The notes beneath the pieces are model-generated. The model had not been told where the DNA came from and did no database searches. It saw only the letters and a list, made by a program, of their open reading frames with translations. This document shows positions 13,121 through 27,548 of a stretch of DNA of 64,000 bases, piece after piece. The translations under genes and the position numbers were made by a program. The stretch is from Kudoa neothunni. Taxonomy: Eukaryota > Animalia > Cnidaria. The DNA is taken from assembly GCA_964304625.1 (NCBI GenBank), contig OZ199839.1:325970-389969 (forward strand), written 5' to 3'. Numbering within the stretch: the first letter of the stretch is position 1; every line of letters starts with the position of its first letter.

Positions 13121-15458
13121 CCCATTAAGATTCTACCATTTAAAAATTTTAATAACAATAATATGTGTTAAGTATTTTTCGAAGTGTCTATATAAGCTTA
13201 AATTTTTAAAATTATGACAAAGCTGAGAGATATACAACAAATTTTCTGAAGGACCAAATAAACTCTCGAGGAAGTGCATGTGCGAAATAAAACACAACTA
13301 TATAATTTATTAATCAAGTCTTTTTACATATATTTACCCGAATGAAACGTATTCGAGTATTTAAGATGAAGTCTCGACGAATACCCCTTAAAATAGAGAT
13401 ATGTTTTCTTGTGGCACACAACACATCTGAGTCGTCTTTTGTGGGCATCACTCACAAGTACGACTCCAGAACACATATTCATTGAAATATTCAGATGCAA
13501 TCGAGACCTCTTCCTCATAATATAATCCCTGTGTGGAGTTATTAGACTGGCTGGCAACAATTTCGCGTGTATGTTGAATTGATGTTATTGTAGGGTCATT
13601 AAAGTAGCGTACAATTTTCCATGAATTTGTGACACACATGGAATGAGATTGGTGAATATTGGCCAGTACCATTTTTTAACCTTTATTTTGATTCTGTAAT
13701 TTTCAATCGCGTTATCAGCTAGAGCGACACCTCCCATATTCGCATTGTAATCACTAACTATCTTTGGCTGTGTTATGTTAATGGTTTTTTTAGAATCTTT
13801 TAGCTGATCCAATAGGAAAACACGACATAAAATTACTCATCAGTATCACTGGTTTTTTATCGTTCCATTGAACACAAAAAATACCTTGGTTATCATTATA
13901 AACTTCAAAAACGCCCCTTAGCAATTAGGAACATTGTTTTGGTAGTTGAAATGGACATCGATTTATCCGATTCGGTCTAATTGTACCGGTAGCATTTACT
14001 TTGTTTTATTGAAGGATTTTAAATAATCTGTACGAGGAGAAAAAATTGTCAAAGTAAACTTCCACCTCAGATGTTTCGCCAATTTCCTCGACAATATTCA
14101 TGACTACACTATCACCTAAGCCACCATAAGTTTCATTTGTTTCTTGTTTTCCATCATAGATTTTAAAACTGTAAATATAAGCATCTTTGCTAACCAATAT
14201 CCAAAGTTTAAAACAAAGTCAAACAGGCTTGCCCTTTAGAAACATCTTGGCCGAATGCATTCAATAATACGGTACCATTTATTCGTCTATGGATACAATT
14301 TTTTCGAAGAAACCAAATTATTTGAAGTTTTGGTTTAGTTTTTCTACTAAAGACCTAATCCCAAATAACTTGTAGGATTTATCCATACAATCATTATTAT
14401 TGAGATGGATGTATCTTTTTATTTATTTATTTAAATCTTTTAGGTGTCATAGCTTTTTTTACAATAGTAACTCCGGAACCTTTATTCGTCTCCCAATACA
14501 TTTTTTGGCTTGGTAGAATATGATAACCTGAGAGAATTAAAATCACAATGAAGGTTTTCAATTCAGACACAGTTAGATTGAAAGAGTGGTGATTCTTCTG
14601 TCGAGCATACAAATTCGACTGTTTTACAATGTGCAACAGAACGCTGTCATCTAAAAATTTTTTGAACGTTTCAAATGAACCTAAATATCGTAAAAAGTAA
14701 TGTTGAAAGGAATCTACCTTTATATGTACCATCTACCGAGGGTTTCGAGATAGGTTTATTAATTGTTTCGGAGGAATTAGTTGGTAAAACCTTTTCCCAC
14801 TTGATATTTCTACATTTAACAGCACTTTTGGTTTCATGCTTTTGTAGTTTAAACAATTGGATACACCCAGAAACATCGGGGATGCCATTATTTTCGAATA
14901 TATTATCTTGTATGGAAAATAAGTAATCTTCCAAATCAGTAAGGCAGTCAACATTATCTGGAGGAAGCGCTACAATATCTGGAACTTTTTCAAAAGTGTC
15001 TTCCCTAAGTTCACAGATTGTAGCACTTAGTTTAATATGCTCAGTAATGCCAGCCATATTAAACCTGCTTAGCTTAGTATCTACATGTCTCGAGGGTTTA
15101 TAGTTCCCCCTTTCGGAACACTATTGTATCGTGAAAATTAACTGATATTTATGTATTACTTTCTATTACAGACATTTCGACGGTTAAAGACAATATGTTT
15201 TAAGAGAAAAAACAAAATATAACAAAATTTTCTGATGTATAATCTATGTTATGGTTCTATTATAGACAAGCGTGCTGGCCGATGAAAAGAGATGTATATT
15301 AAGATGTTTAGAATTCATAAATAACTTTAAAAAGTTATTTTAAATAATAGGACCACGTATGTACTTATATGGGAATTCATTAGTTAATAGTCGCAATATT
15401 AAACTCTATAGACGGAACTTAAACAGGGACCCAAAAGGATACAACAAACCTTAATGGG
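13121..15458 (-). mobile_element. piggyBac transposon, full length, transposase pseudogenised
   Basis: TTAA TSDs at 13117-13120 and 15459-15462; TIR CCCATTAAG. Fragmented ORFs contain YFDNFFSS, YNANMGGV, KKWYWP and a C-terminal CxxC..C-like region. Confidence 0.92.
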
Positions 15459-16448
15459 TTAATGTCAATTAAAAATTCATTATATTTGTACGAGAATCTT
15501 GGAAACTTAGCTCCCTAAGCTTAAAAAATGTTTGATATCAAATCCGGTGGTCTGTGTACACACGGAATAATTATTAATGTATATCTAAGCTTATAGGTTA
15601 ATAACGTGAAAAGATTGTTTAATCCTATATCATTAATTGAAGGCTATATGATTATAAAAGAATGCTAAAAGTGTGTCCATAAAACGTATTGTTTCCTTCA
15701 GGTTTGAATGACTGTAACAATCCACATAAATATTATCCACTTTTTTATTTAGTTAGCATTTGTCAAACCGTGTCACATGCGGAATGTAACAATTTAAATT
15801 AACAAAAATCCGAATCACAAAGGATAAGTTGATTTAAGCTGTATAAATAATAATTTGGACTTGTGAGATATGAGAAAATAAATATATAGTAACAAAAATA
15901 ACAAAAACGATAAATTTATGCTTAAATAAACAAAAGACATACTAACTGATTTGGTTGCTAATAATACATTAGTATAATGGGTGCTGAGACAAATGTTAGA
16001 TAGCTGTTAATCCTTAATTCTAAATTTAAGAATTTATTCGTTAGTACAGGATACACAGAATCACAATGATAGCCTTGGTTGTATCGATTCAACTGTTACT
16101 ATGGACGAATGTAGTTAGGTATTCAAGCGAATGGTCAAGAACGGAAGCACACAGTTTGTACATTTGTCTTTGTTCGAATAAAATCGATGTTATATAGCTA
16201 TGAATATAATGGTTTTACATTCGAGTAAGTTGCAGACCCAAAAATTTATCGCTAAACAAGTAACAAACTTAATGCTGTGTTGAAGCATTAGTTTTTTTAT
16301 AGTTAATGCTGCACAAAAACATTGCAAAATTGTTGGAAACCAAATTTAAATTAGAAGCTGAGAAAAATTTGTTGATTAATTTTTTCAATTGTAAATATAC
16401 TCAATGAAAAACATGTTCGTTAACTCAAAAAATATTTATGATAAACAG

Positions 16449-19400
16449 ATACTATTGAAGAGATGGCAACCAACCATTGGAATATTTCAACATTAATTAC
16501 AAACAATAGTATTAACATAATCTTTGGAGCTAGTGAGATTATTTATAGTCAACGTTATGGTAACAGCTTAAAAGATTCAATAAATTACTGTTATTTACAT
16601 GTGTAGATACTGATAAAAATGAATCCGTAATAATAATGACCTACAAAAACAGTATGTTTAGTCCTTCGATTCTCCCTCAAAGAATCAATAACAACATTAA
16701 TATTCATGCATCTGCTCCAATAACCGCCATGATAGAGCGTTTGTTGAACGAATACACAAAAAAATATGTCAAAAATGTACACACTAATATAAAATATGGA
16801 TTTTTTTAACTAAGTTCGTCAGATATGTATTTTGAGTGAGAACAAATCAGATTCAAATATTATAAATGAAACTTTCAATCGTGTGATATCGACCTATAAA
16901 CTAGCTAATAAGTCAAATAAAATCAAAATCTCCAGCTTTTACTATGAAAGAAATAATATGCATCACCTAATGGAGAATGTGTGATTAGTTTTTTATTAGA
17001 TCTTTTTCTAATCCTCTCTCAACCATAGATTCCGATAAATAAATGCAATGATGGGTTGATATTTGTAGATCTAGCTGAGGGTGAACTCGATAATTCAGTC
17101 GAAACTTTATTGACCAGCTATATTTACGATATGGTAAGTTTTATAGTAATTGTTAGAAAAAAACGATCTTTATAGCAAAAATTTAATAATATATCTCTTG
17201 TGTTGGATTATAAATGGATGGGGTGGTTGATGGAAGTTTCACCCTTTTTAAACCATCTCAAGGCGAACAACCTTTATACAATATTTCCAATGAGTATTTT
17301 GTTGTAGCTTATATTTTTTAAGTTTTTTACTCCTAGAGACTAATATTCGCCATTATTTAAATAATAATGATGAAATGGAAGTAAATAAACCTTTTAATTG
17401 AGATGTCCAATATAGAAAATTATTATATTTAATATTATTTTAGGAACTAATGTTACTTCCAAATAATGCAGAAATAATATCTCTTTATGATGCTTTGTAT
17501 TGTATGATAAAAGAATTTAAACATTCCAAACAAATTGTAACTTACTTGACATTTAATTTGATTTTAAATCTCGAAGAAACTTTCACACTATAATACCTGC
17601 TATTTAAGCCCACAATAAATCACATAAACAAGAATCAACTCATCAATTCTTTAATAAGTAGTTACATCTCTGAAGATTCTAGTAATTTCACAGCCAAATA
17701 AAATTTACAAATTTATTTACGTTTAGTTATACGTTACAACAATGATGAAGATAATAATACAGTTTTTTTGTGTTTGAAAGATATTTCATTCGTTGGATTC
17801 TCACAGAAATACAGATATCCCACAGATGACGCAGTATTATCTGTATCACACTAATAAACAATTACTTTTTTAGAAAAATGACTTTAAAATTAAACCAACT
17901 AAACGAGATTCGATAGTTAATACTAATAGCAAAATCAGTCAAATAAATTTTGAACTATGTGAAGATAGATACAGCTTGAAATTGTTGTTCCTTTTTCCGG
18001 CCGATAAAAATATCTCAGAAAATATTAGCGACGTTATGAACGTCACCTACCATCTTTTAAATTATATATTTGTGGACGGAAGGAAACGCTCATCTATTAT
18101 AGCGGTTAAGCGACTTTGCCGATTTCAAATTGATTATGTTGTTAGTTCTAACGTGAAAAAGCTGACTAAAGTTATTAGAAATGATAAAAATTCGGTTAAA
18201 ATTGGATTCCTCCCTCCAACAACATTAAAAAAGCTTTATTCAAAAGGTAACTATTTGTTGTTGTTTGAATCGTAAAATGAGTTAATTAAGATCCAACGTT
18301 ATTCGAAAAATACATATCCATGTTGGACACGGACGAAAGTGTAATGTCACCAATGAAAGTGGCCTATATCAGTAGTTTATCAAATGAAGTATACCGGACA
18401 TTTTCGAAATTTGGCAATAATGGAGAAGCTGTAATTTTTTTTACAAATATTAATACTGAGCTAATTATAATTCTAAAAATTAGAAATTTTTGTTTATTGA
18501 AGATTACAAATGTGATAAACTTGATAATGGTTGGCGTCGAAACTTTCATTTGTGCTGTTTGAAACCAACTGTTTTTATTACCGACAAATGTCTTGCGGTA
18601 GTTTAAGTTTAGTTGCAATAAATTCACTCATTGTTTATAACATGTGAAGGGAATATCTATAGCATCATCACATGGGGGGTTGATTCTCACTGAAAACCTA
18701 CTCACACTAAACATTTTAAATCATCTCTACAGCGCACAACTCATGAATAAGTATTTATTGAAGGAATTCGTTAAATTCTTTTAACAATTGTAATATTTTT
18801 AGTAAATATTGGCTGGTTTCGTCGTATTTTGTGAAGTGGGCCTCATCAAAGGGCATCGATCATAAATCCTATCATCTAAATTACTTGAATATACCCCTGA
18901 ATGTTTACTCCTTTAAAAGACACTCCAAAGTACCTGAACAGTTTTTGAAAATCCCTCAGAGCAATATAATGGTAATTTAATTGGAATCTGCTTTTTAATA
19001 TGAACTATATGTTAGTGGAAAAACCAAGAGATTGATTTCCTTTACCAGAATATGTTCGGCTTATTCACTTACATTATCCTCTATGGTTACGATTTGTTCC
19101 AGGGGGTGTATATCTGTGATCTCCAAGCGAGTTTATGTGATTTGGAAATACATCAGCACATGTATGATAGTATCAGCAACACTTTTTCGTGGGTATTTCT
19201 CAATGTTCGATTTATCTAATACTGGATCACTTTAAAAGATTCCATACGTCGATGATGAAAATAAATTTGAAAAAATCCAAATCACTATACTGGGACCATT
19301 GCATTACGCAAGCAGACATCCTAAAATTATGGAATATTATTCAACAATGGTATTTAACCTCACCAACTTTGTATTTTCATCATATTTTGGTAGGAAAATT

Positions 19401-22400
19401 TTATAGAGACTATAGCAACCGATCTCAATTCTAATAAGGCCAGCACTATTCAAATGAATGTATACCGGCTAGAATTATCAACCGACCCCGATAAAAATTG
19501 CCGTGCGATTAAAAAGGTAAATAAATGATATAGAAAATTATTTTAGCTCTAATAATAAGAATCTATAAAAATTTGTATACGTTAGTAGGATTTATCCTTT
19601 ATATATATATTTTTTAATTTAAACCTAATTATTCGTCATATAAAATAATAATGTAGCTATAAAAAAATTTTGCATTTAAAAATGTCGCTTGATGATTTAA
19701 TTTCCGCTTTACTCTGTATATACTCTTTCTATCAGATATTATTATTAATACAATATTTCTTTACTCTCGTGTCAGAATGAACCAAATCAATTAAAATATA
19801 TTACAAAAATATTAACATGTAATTTCACCGGAGGAGTGCTCTTGTACTAATTAGTGAGAGCAATCAAAACAACCTTTATATTACACATAATAATTGTAAT
19901 TTTTAATCGCTCCAATTCTCACTCAGAAGCTTTATATAGATTTAATTTGTTGGTATCTGTTATGTTTAATTATTTATGCCGCCAATTCATTCTTAAATAT
20001 CAGAAATATTTTAATATAGTCAAAACTACTGTCACCTAAATATCATTTACAGTGTCAATAGTCACTTCTAATGGAAATATCGAAAATGGGGTCAGGAAAA
20101 AGCACTATGATATCGAGAGCATGATTGAAAAATTTTTACCTTTCATAATGAATATTTTGTAATATTAAAGTAACTTTAAAGAAATAATGAGTTTATACTA
20201 ACCATAAGTATAAATTTAAACCAATAAGTTTACTCTGAGTATTATGAAATTAAAAAAGGAAAAATTTGAAGTTGCTTATAAACATTTGTTAAATTATTTG
20301 TCTAGAATTGTGAGATAAAAGACTACTTTTCTTTTACCCGGGAATAATTGCGAAATATCTAGCCTATTATTTGTAAGTCCAATTTCCTATTTTATCATCA
20401 GTCATTATTAAATTTTTTTATTAAATATCACACTCAATTCAAAATTATAAAAGCTGATGTTTTTGGACAAAATTATAAATTCATGAATTTTGATTTTCAT
20501 CTAAAATTTCTTATTTTTGTAATTATTTTCTAATGAATTCCTTCAAGTGTAATGCAAACGTTAATAAATTAATTTCACTAAATAATCTATACGATTATAT
20601 GTTAATTTTTTGGAAGATTTTCATATTTTTTTAATTAGGGCTTTTTCAGTGATTTTGATAGTTTTATGTAAATTAAAAATTATATTAGTAATTTATTTGA
20701 AATATAATAGAATAATGAAGAAGTAGGTTTATAAACAAATTTTTCCCCAATTTCCTTAAAATATTGCATATTAAACCCAACTTAACACAGTAAATCTTAC
20801 TATATCTAATTTATCTTTATTTGGTTTTTAAAATGTTCAAAAATTTAATAGTTATATATATTATTCCATGTAATAAACACAAATAATAATTACTATTTAT
20901 GTTTTTATAATATTTACAATTAAAAGCTGTAAAAAATGTTTATTATATAATTTCAGAAGTCATATATATTCAAAAGGACGTGCTCAAAATGTATTATACT
21001 TCGTTTAATATTACAATTTAGTTTTTAACATGGATTTACTAAATAAGTTCACTTAATTCGGCTAAATTATAGCTAAGAAATTTTCGTATTGAATAATGAT
21101 ATATAACTTGTATTGATTTAAGTTGGAGGCAAGCACGCATTAAATATTAGGGATATAAAATTTCACTATATTTTAGTTGTTCGAGATTAAAAATATTCAC
21201 GTAATCCTTGGAAATCCATACGATATTAGTGGATATGCAGAAAATAATTCTACTCACGAAATCTGCTCCTATCTCAATATGAGTGGGTTGTTTTTTGTTT
21301 CGCCTACTCCTGCTGTGTCTGGTGTCTCATCAATCAATAAAAATAATTATATATTTCAAAACAAAATGCATAACCCATATTACGAAGCAGTTTTCCTGGT
21401 AAACATAATCAAGGCAATAAAGAGGATAGGAAAACTAACCATATTACACACCGATGATGTCTACTCTAGAAGTGTTATTACAACAATCAAAAACCACCTA
21501 AGTCCCATTCTAATTAAAGCCATCGTATTTAAGATCATTCCAACAGATAAAATCTCCAATTATGAAGTAATTATTATATATGTTGTTTTGAATCTTATTA
21601 AAGGAGGTTTATTTAGAATAGAATCTGTCTCAAGTTCATACATGATGTGAATATTGTCATTACTGGAAATTATCAAGCCATAAATTTTATAAGTGATCGT
21701 CTCATTGAATATATTGATTCTTCTCCTTGTATCACTTGGATACTTCCTTCTAGAATTGCCAATATTATAAAGCTTACAGAGCCTCATGGTTCTATGCCTA
21801 CCAGGCATTTCTATTACACAAAACCCATGATCAATTTGGACGAAATTTCTAAGGACACGGTTGATAAATATTTCAGAGAATTCTTTTATTTTAACGTAAA
21901 TATTTAATTTTATTGAAACAATAGATATTCTAAATTTTTGCTTTAGTTGGGCTCGATGGTGTATGACTTGAAATTTATCGCTTACATCTTCGACTATGTT
22001 ACCAACCAGAGGATTGAAACTATTCCCGCTTACAAACGCTCCAATTGGGTCGATTCACAATACGCCAACAATATTCAAGAATATTTGGAATGGATCCAAA
22101 ATACTCTTTGCAACAGTACCTTGTCACAAATTATACTTCCATGTAGCTATTTGTTGGGTGCTTTTCAACACAATTACACTCAAACTGGCAGTTCTGCTGT
22201 TGGGAAGCAGATACCTGAGAAAATTGATATGCCCCCAAAGTTCGAATATCATCTTATGACTAACCAACATATAAAGCCAATTTTCAAAATGAGAAATAAT
22301 ACGTTTATCCATGAGAGGTATTTTTATTGATCCAATTTCATTTCATTTATTGGCTGGTTTAGATCTTCCATGACTATACATGATACCGTGTTTGGGTTCA

Positions 22401-22639
22401 ACGACTCGGTATTATATTTGATTATATGTGGTATTATTGCAGTTGCCACATTTTTGGGTGGCTTTATCTATTTGATATCAAAGAAAGTTCAAATAAAAAA
22501 ATTGAAGCATCTATTTTATTATTTGTATCATATATGTGCGAAGAAAATCTGCTCGAAAAAATTCACTAATAAAAACCTTGTCTCAAACACACTGTCAGAA
22601 GACCAGCATGAAAATATCAAGCTTTTACACATATCATGA
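16449..22639 (+). CDS. Multi-exon single-pass membrane protein with tandem Venus-flytrap/ANF-receptor-like ligand-binding domains; 5' end unresolved, may be 1-2 genes
   Basis: Spliced exons give SINIIFGAS..ICILSENK..SLYDAL..LKDISFVG (16.4-17.8 kb), and IHVILGNP..FVSPT..LTILHTDDVYSRS..MVYDL (21.2-22.3 kb). These are followed by TM VLYLIICGIIAVATFLGGFIYLI, a basic stop-transfer and a short tail ending at 22639. One frameshift at a C-run (17609-17611). Confidence 0.6.
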
Positions 22640-22724
22640 ACTTCCAGTATCGATAAAACTGTTTTTATGTTTCACGCATCTAGTTTCGATAATTACGAAA
22701 CTTTTGTTGTATAATTTTGGCTGA

Positions 22725-23991
22725 CTATTTATATATATATATATATATATAAGTTCTTATGTCTGTCAATGTGTGATTGCGTCAGTAAGCATGTGAAGTG
22801 GATAAACATTTTTTAAATACAGCTATTAGTTTGCATTCGAATAGATGGTACTATTAATAAAAATCGTTCATTTACTTAGAAGTATAAATATAATCAATAT
22901 CGCAGGCAGAAATAAGCAATTTTCTGGTTATCTACATCAATTAACAGATTAAAGAGTACCTGCACAATATATAATATTGATGTTTGTTCACTCCAGAGTG
23001 ATACTCAAATAGAATAAACTTTTACTCACTATACACAAAGAGAATCTGTTAATTATGATATAGAATGTTATATATGCCTGTTTGGAGTAATTGTAAGACA
23101 AATAAAACTATTAACGTCACATTTACAAGAGATGTAGCATTTATTTTAAAATTTTAAGAATAACCAAATTATTTATGATGTATTTTCATTTTTCAAATGT
23201 TATAGATATAACTAAATGGGAAGATTATGATCATTTTAAATAAATGATAATAAGTTGTTGCCACGTTGGAATAATTTTGGTCTCTATACGCATTCTAAAA
23301 ACGATGCAAGGTGTGTGTAGAGTTTTCAAATCATTAAATTTTTGTGATAGCTTCTCAAATGAAGATTTCTTTTTATCAAATATATCGACTGAGATTGAAA
23401 CTATATTCAACGTTCGATAAGTGTTTACTCATCTTTTGGTTATTCTAAACTTTCTTGCAAAACAGCTAGCATGACTAATTCGATAAGTTTCTATATTTGA
23501 CGAGATAACTTTTTAAATCATGTTTAAGTACTTAGTAACCTAATTATTCCTTACCTCCCAGCTAGACTTTAAGACTAATATTCAAATCGATATATAATTT
23601 TCTTTTCGCTAAAAATAATTCATCATGATATAAAAGCTGTATGAAAATATGCGAAACCGCATTCTATACGTAGTTTAAGAATTTATATTCACCATTATTT
23701 TTGCACAAAGTACAATCCCCTCTCAATCTCAATACATACCATGTAAATTAATAAGAAATTATTGTTCTATTCGGTCGTCTAACTTATACTTTCACAAAGT
23801 TTTGGTTAATCTAAGAAATGTTAAGTACAAAGAAATTCATTTAGAACAATCATACAGATTTCATTTTTAAAAACGGTGCACACCTTCGAGAAATCCAGTT
23901 GATATTTAAATATTTAAGCATTACTGTAATTTTTCAAATCAAAACACCTTTACATTTTAGATTTAATCGTATTTTGTTAGTTAAATGTGTA
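22725..23991 (+). mobile_element. Second copy of the Helitron-like repeat, sharing the 5' 1.2 kb
   Basis: 22792-23940 is nearly identical to 4442-5590. It is preceded by a (TA)n run and AAGTTCTTATGTCTGTCA. Confidence 0.75.
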
Positions 23992-24401
23992 TAGTTTTTC
24001 GCGCTTTCTGCACATCCCTCCGATAATACGTAAAAGTGATTATCTAATGTAGCGAAAAATTATAACCTTTTTTGAAATTTATATATATTTTTAATTTGTA
24101 CTCATTGTAGTTTACAATAATATTCAATAAAAATATAATAATTATGAAATTTTATTGATACTTACCACATATGATTTTTACATTTTTATTTTCATGTTAT
24201 ATACAACTAAATTATTTATAAATTTGAAACAGATTTACAAGTGGAAATTATCTAATATAATACATCGAAAAGATACCGTCTTTTTATAATTATTTTAGAA
24301 ATAATTAGAGAGAGAATAAATCTAACTAGATTTATTTAAATTTTAAATGACGCCAAATTATTGAAATAAACTACCCCGAGACATTCGGTTACTTCCATAT
24401 A

Positions 24402-24829
24402 CAATGCAACCTCGGAGTTCGAACAAACATTCTGAGTCAGAAACATATTTGAATTCGTACACATATAAATGGGGTATTCAGAACAAATCTAGTTGGAGTA
24501 AAAAACAGACAATGAAAGAAATTCTAGAAGAAGGGTCGCTCAATCAAATCGCGCGAACGTTACCGACGGATAACCCTTTATAATCTATCATATGACATCC
24601 AAAAAATATACATCCTATATTTCATTTTTATTATTATATTTAATATTTATTTGTTATATTTTAAAAACAGAGGTATTTATGGTTTATCATAAATAAGAAT
24701 AAAAATAGTTATTTATTTAATTCGCGGTAACGGATTTAACAATTTTTCTTTATTTTGCAAGGGAAAAAATTATTCGGAGTTTGAACACGCTTCTAGAATG
24801 GATTATGGTCAAAGTCCGAGGTTTCATTG
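24402..24829. mobile_element. pogo/Tigger-type MITE (428 bp)
   Basis: TIRs CAATG(C/A)AACCTCGGA(G/C)TT, with TA on both sides (24400-24401, 24830-24831). No ORF. Confidence 0.75.
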
Positions 24830-24980
24830 TATTAGAAATTCTTTCTTCATTTTATTTTTAGAAAAATTAAAGCATTAACTGTCACAACTAAAGAATTATC
24901 TTGAATCGCACTGAAAGCAGATGTATCTTTCCCCAACGTCAATAAAAGGTACGCGAAACGTGCGTACAATAAGTTATTAA

Positions 24981-27338
24981 CCCTTAAAAGGATGTATCTT
25001 TGTGTCTGTCGAGAACCAAAGATACGTCTTTTTGATCGTAACTCTAAAAATCGACTTCTGTCGATGTTAACCCCCAAGTATAATTAGGGTCTTTTGGACC
25101 CCAGGCGACATTAGCATTAGTTATCGATTTTCTATCACACTAACTTATGAGAAATTTTTGGCAGTCAGTCTACTCATCTAAAATGTTCCGTAGTAAAATT
25201 TCACTAATTACGAAACTTTTTCATTCTGTAAAAAAAGTTCTTACAAAAACACCCTCCAATTAAAAAATAAAATTGGGGTCTTTTGGACCCCACGATTTTT
25301 TTTCATCTAATTATCCAAAATATTTATTTAAATGTTTGGGGAAACTTTGAAAAAATTCTATCGAGTAAATATATTTTTATTGCGTGAATATCATATCTTA
25401 ATCTACATTGCGCATGCACCATAATTAACTTCAATAATGTTTCCAAGTGATCTTAATAGTAATAACTCCGATACCGAATCTTCTGATTCAGATTCATTTT
25501 CATTTTTATCGTATCATGATTATTTATTGTCAGAAAAATTTGATATTGATACAGATATACAATTTAACTCATTAATACACAAGTACGGAACGTTATGGTC
25601 AATGAACCCCCCGCCGTTGGCATCTATATTCTAGATTCTAGAACATGTGTTGCAAATATTATGACTAGTCAGTAGTCATTCTTGTGTCTCTCTGCTTTTA
25701 TTATAAAATACAACTGATATTTTCAGAATAATATTTAGTTTTGTTATGTACGCCATTATTTTAAAATATACCAGTACATAGTGGGAAAAATTGTTGGTGA
25801 TAGACGGATCGAATTGGATGGGTTCATTAGCTGTTTATTTCTGATGGGATATCACAGGGATAATCGAGAATTGGTTAAGGAGATATTTGGGTTAGAGTAA
25901 GAAGGAGAGATATATCGTGATTTATTCTCATTACATAGATTTCTCCAAATAATGCGAGTTTCACATTTTGATGGTATCGAAAATATTAAGGTAACAAAAT
26001 AATCCGGAAATTGTTGCCATGTTGGTGAATTACGGCATATTTAGGTGGATTTTCTACGCATCGTTTTCGCCTTAATGAATATTTCATAGAGTATCTATGT
26101 TACCTGTTTTACGCAATAGTCTATGTCAGGATTATGATGTTTTTTTATCACTTAAGCGAAAATTAAATAAAGAATTAATTTTTCTAAATGAGCTGAATTT
26201 CGAGTTATGTTTATAGAAAATATGGGATCTCAAAAGTAGTACATACGCTGCGGTAAAAATACTTCTTTATCATTCGCGCACGCGCGGACAATATTACATG
26301 ATGACATATATGAAATTACTGAATATATAATCGATCAAATATTTTAAAAACGTCTAAAAATACATATTATCATTTATTAAAATATTTTATCAAATAAAAA
26401 CGTGGGGTCTTTTGGACTCCAATTAGATTTGGAGAGTGTAAATTTTCATGTAACTTAGGTTAAACTTTTTAGAATACTCATAAAACACGTAAGCCTATAT
26501 ATGGAGAAGAAAATTTTTTGTTTAACTTTATAATAAAACACAACATTTTGATTGCATATAATTATAAATGTTCGTAACCTCAATTATTTATTCTATAAAG
26601 TTTAATTTTAGTGAAATATTAAAAAATATGTTTCGTTTAAACGTTACATGTGTACGAAAATAACGACAAAAATATCAGATGATTGCTGCCATAGATTAGC
26701 GATAACTAATCCGATTGATCTCCTACGTTATGTTGCTTTTCCTAACAAATTTAATTTTTCACTCTCAAAAAATAATTAAAATAGTGCTGAAGACTACATT
26801 GACGGTTATTCTGAGGTTGAGGAAATTTCCGAATTTAACATGTCTGAATGTGTTAGGGCATTGAGAAATGCGATGACCAACCTCAGGTGGTACTGATTAT
26901 TTGCATGAGCATGTTGAAAACGTTTGAATGTTTTTCGTATCACCTGGACTGGAATGATTTTTTGAAATTTGTAGGTTCACGACGCGTTATTCTCTAAATT
27001 AATATTAATTACGCGGATTTTTAAATTCAAATGACAACATATCATTCGATTTGGGTCACGATTACTTATAGCCCTTGATATGAAAGAATATAATGTGCTA
27101 ATTTAAATGTAATCTTCGTGAACTACCGAAACGCAAACATCAAGATATTTATTGACATTCAAGATATTACATAATAATAATAATAATAATAATTGTAAAA
27201 TCAATTTGTTCAAAATTAGGTATACTTGTAAATATACGAGTTTGATGTAATTTAATTAAGTTCTATTTTTACTGGGGTCTCGCGAGATCCCTCTGGAGAA
27301 CAACACAAGGTTTTTCGAATCAGTTGGTCCCGGAAGGG
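24981..27338 (+). mobile_element. Old, deleted piggyBac-like element
   Basis: TTAA|CCCTT ... AAGGG|TTAA ends. Repeated subterminal palindromes GGGGTCTTTTGGACCCC (about 25087, 25275, 26404). Acidic N-terminal ORF 25437-25634 and remnants ELDGFISCLFLMG and RFLQIMRVSHFD. Confidence 0.6.
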
Positions 27339-27548
27339 TTAACGTAATTTATCGAATGATCTCCGCTTCGACAAATCATAAACACCGACCATACATACTA
27401 TTAGAATGCTGTGAAAAATTATAAATTGACATAATCGAAACAATTTTTTTTATACGCTGAGAGATATTTCTACTTATAACAAGACAATAAAAGAAGAATC
27501 GAAATGATTAACACTAGAAATTAGATATAAAATTCTAATCAAATCTAA

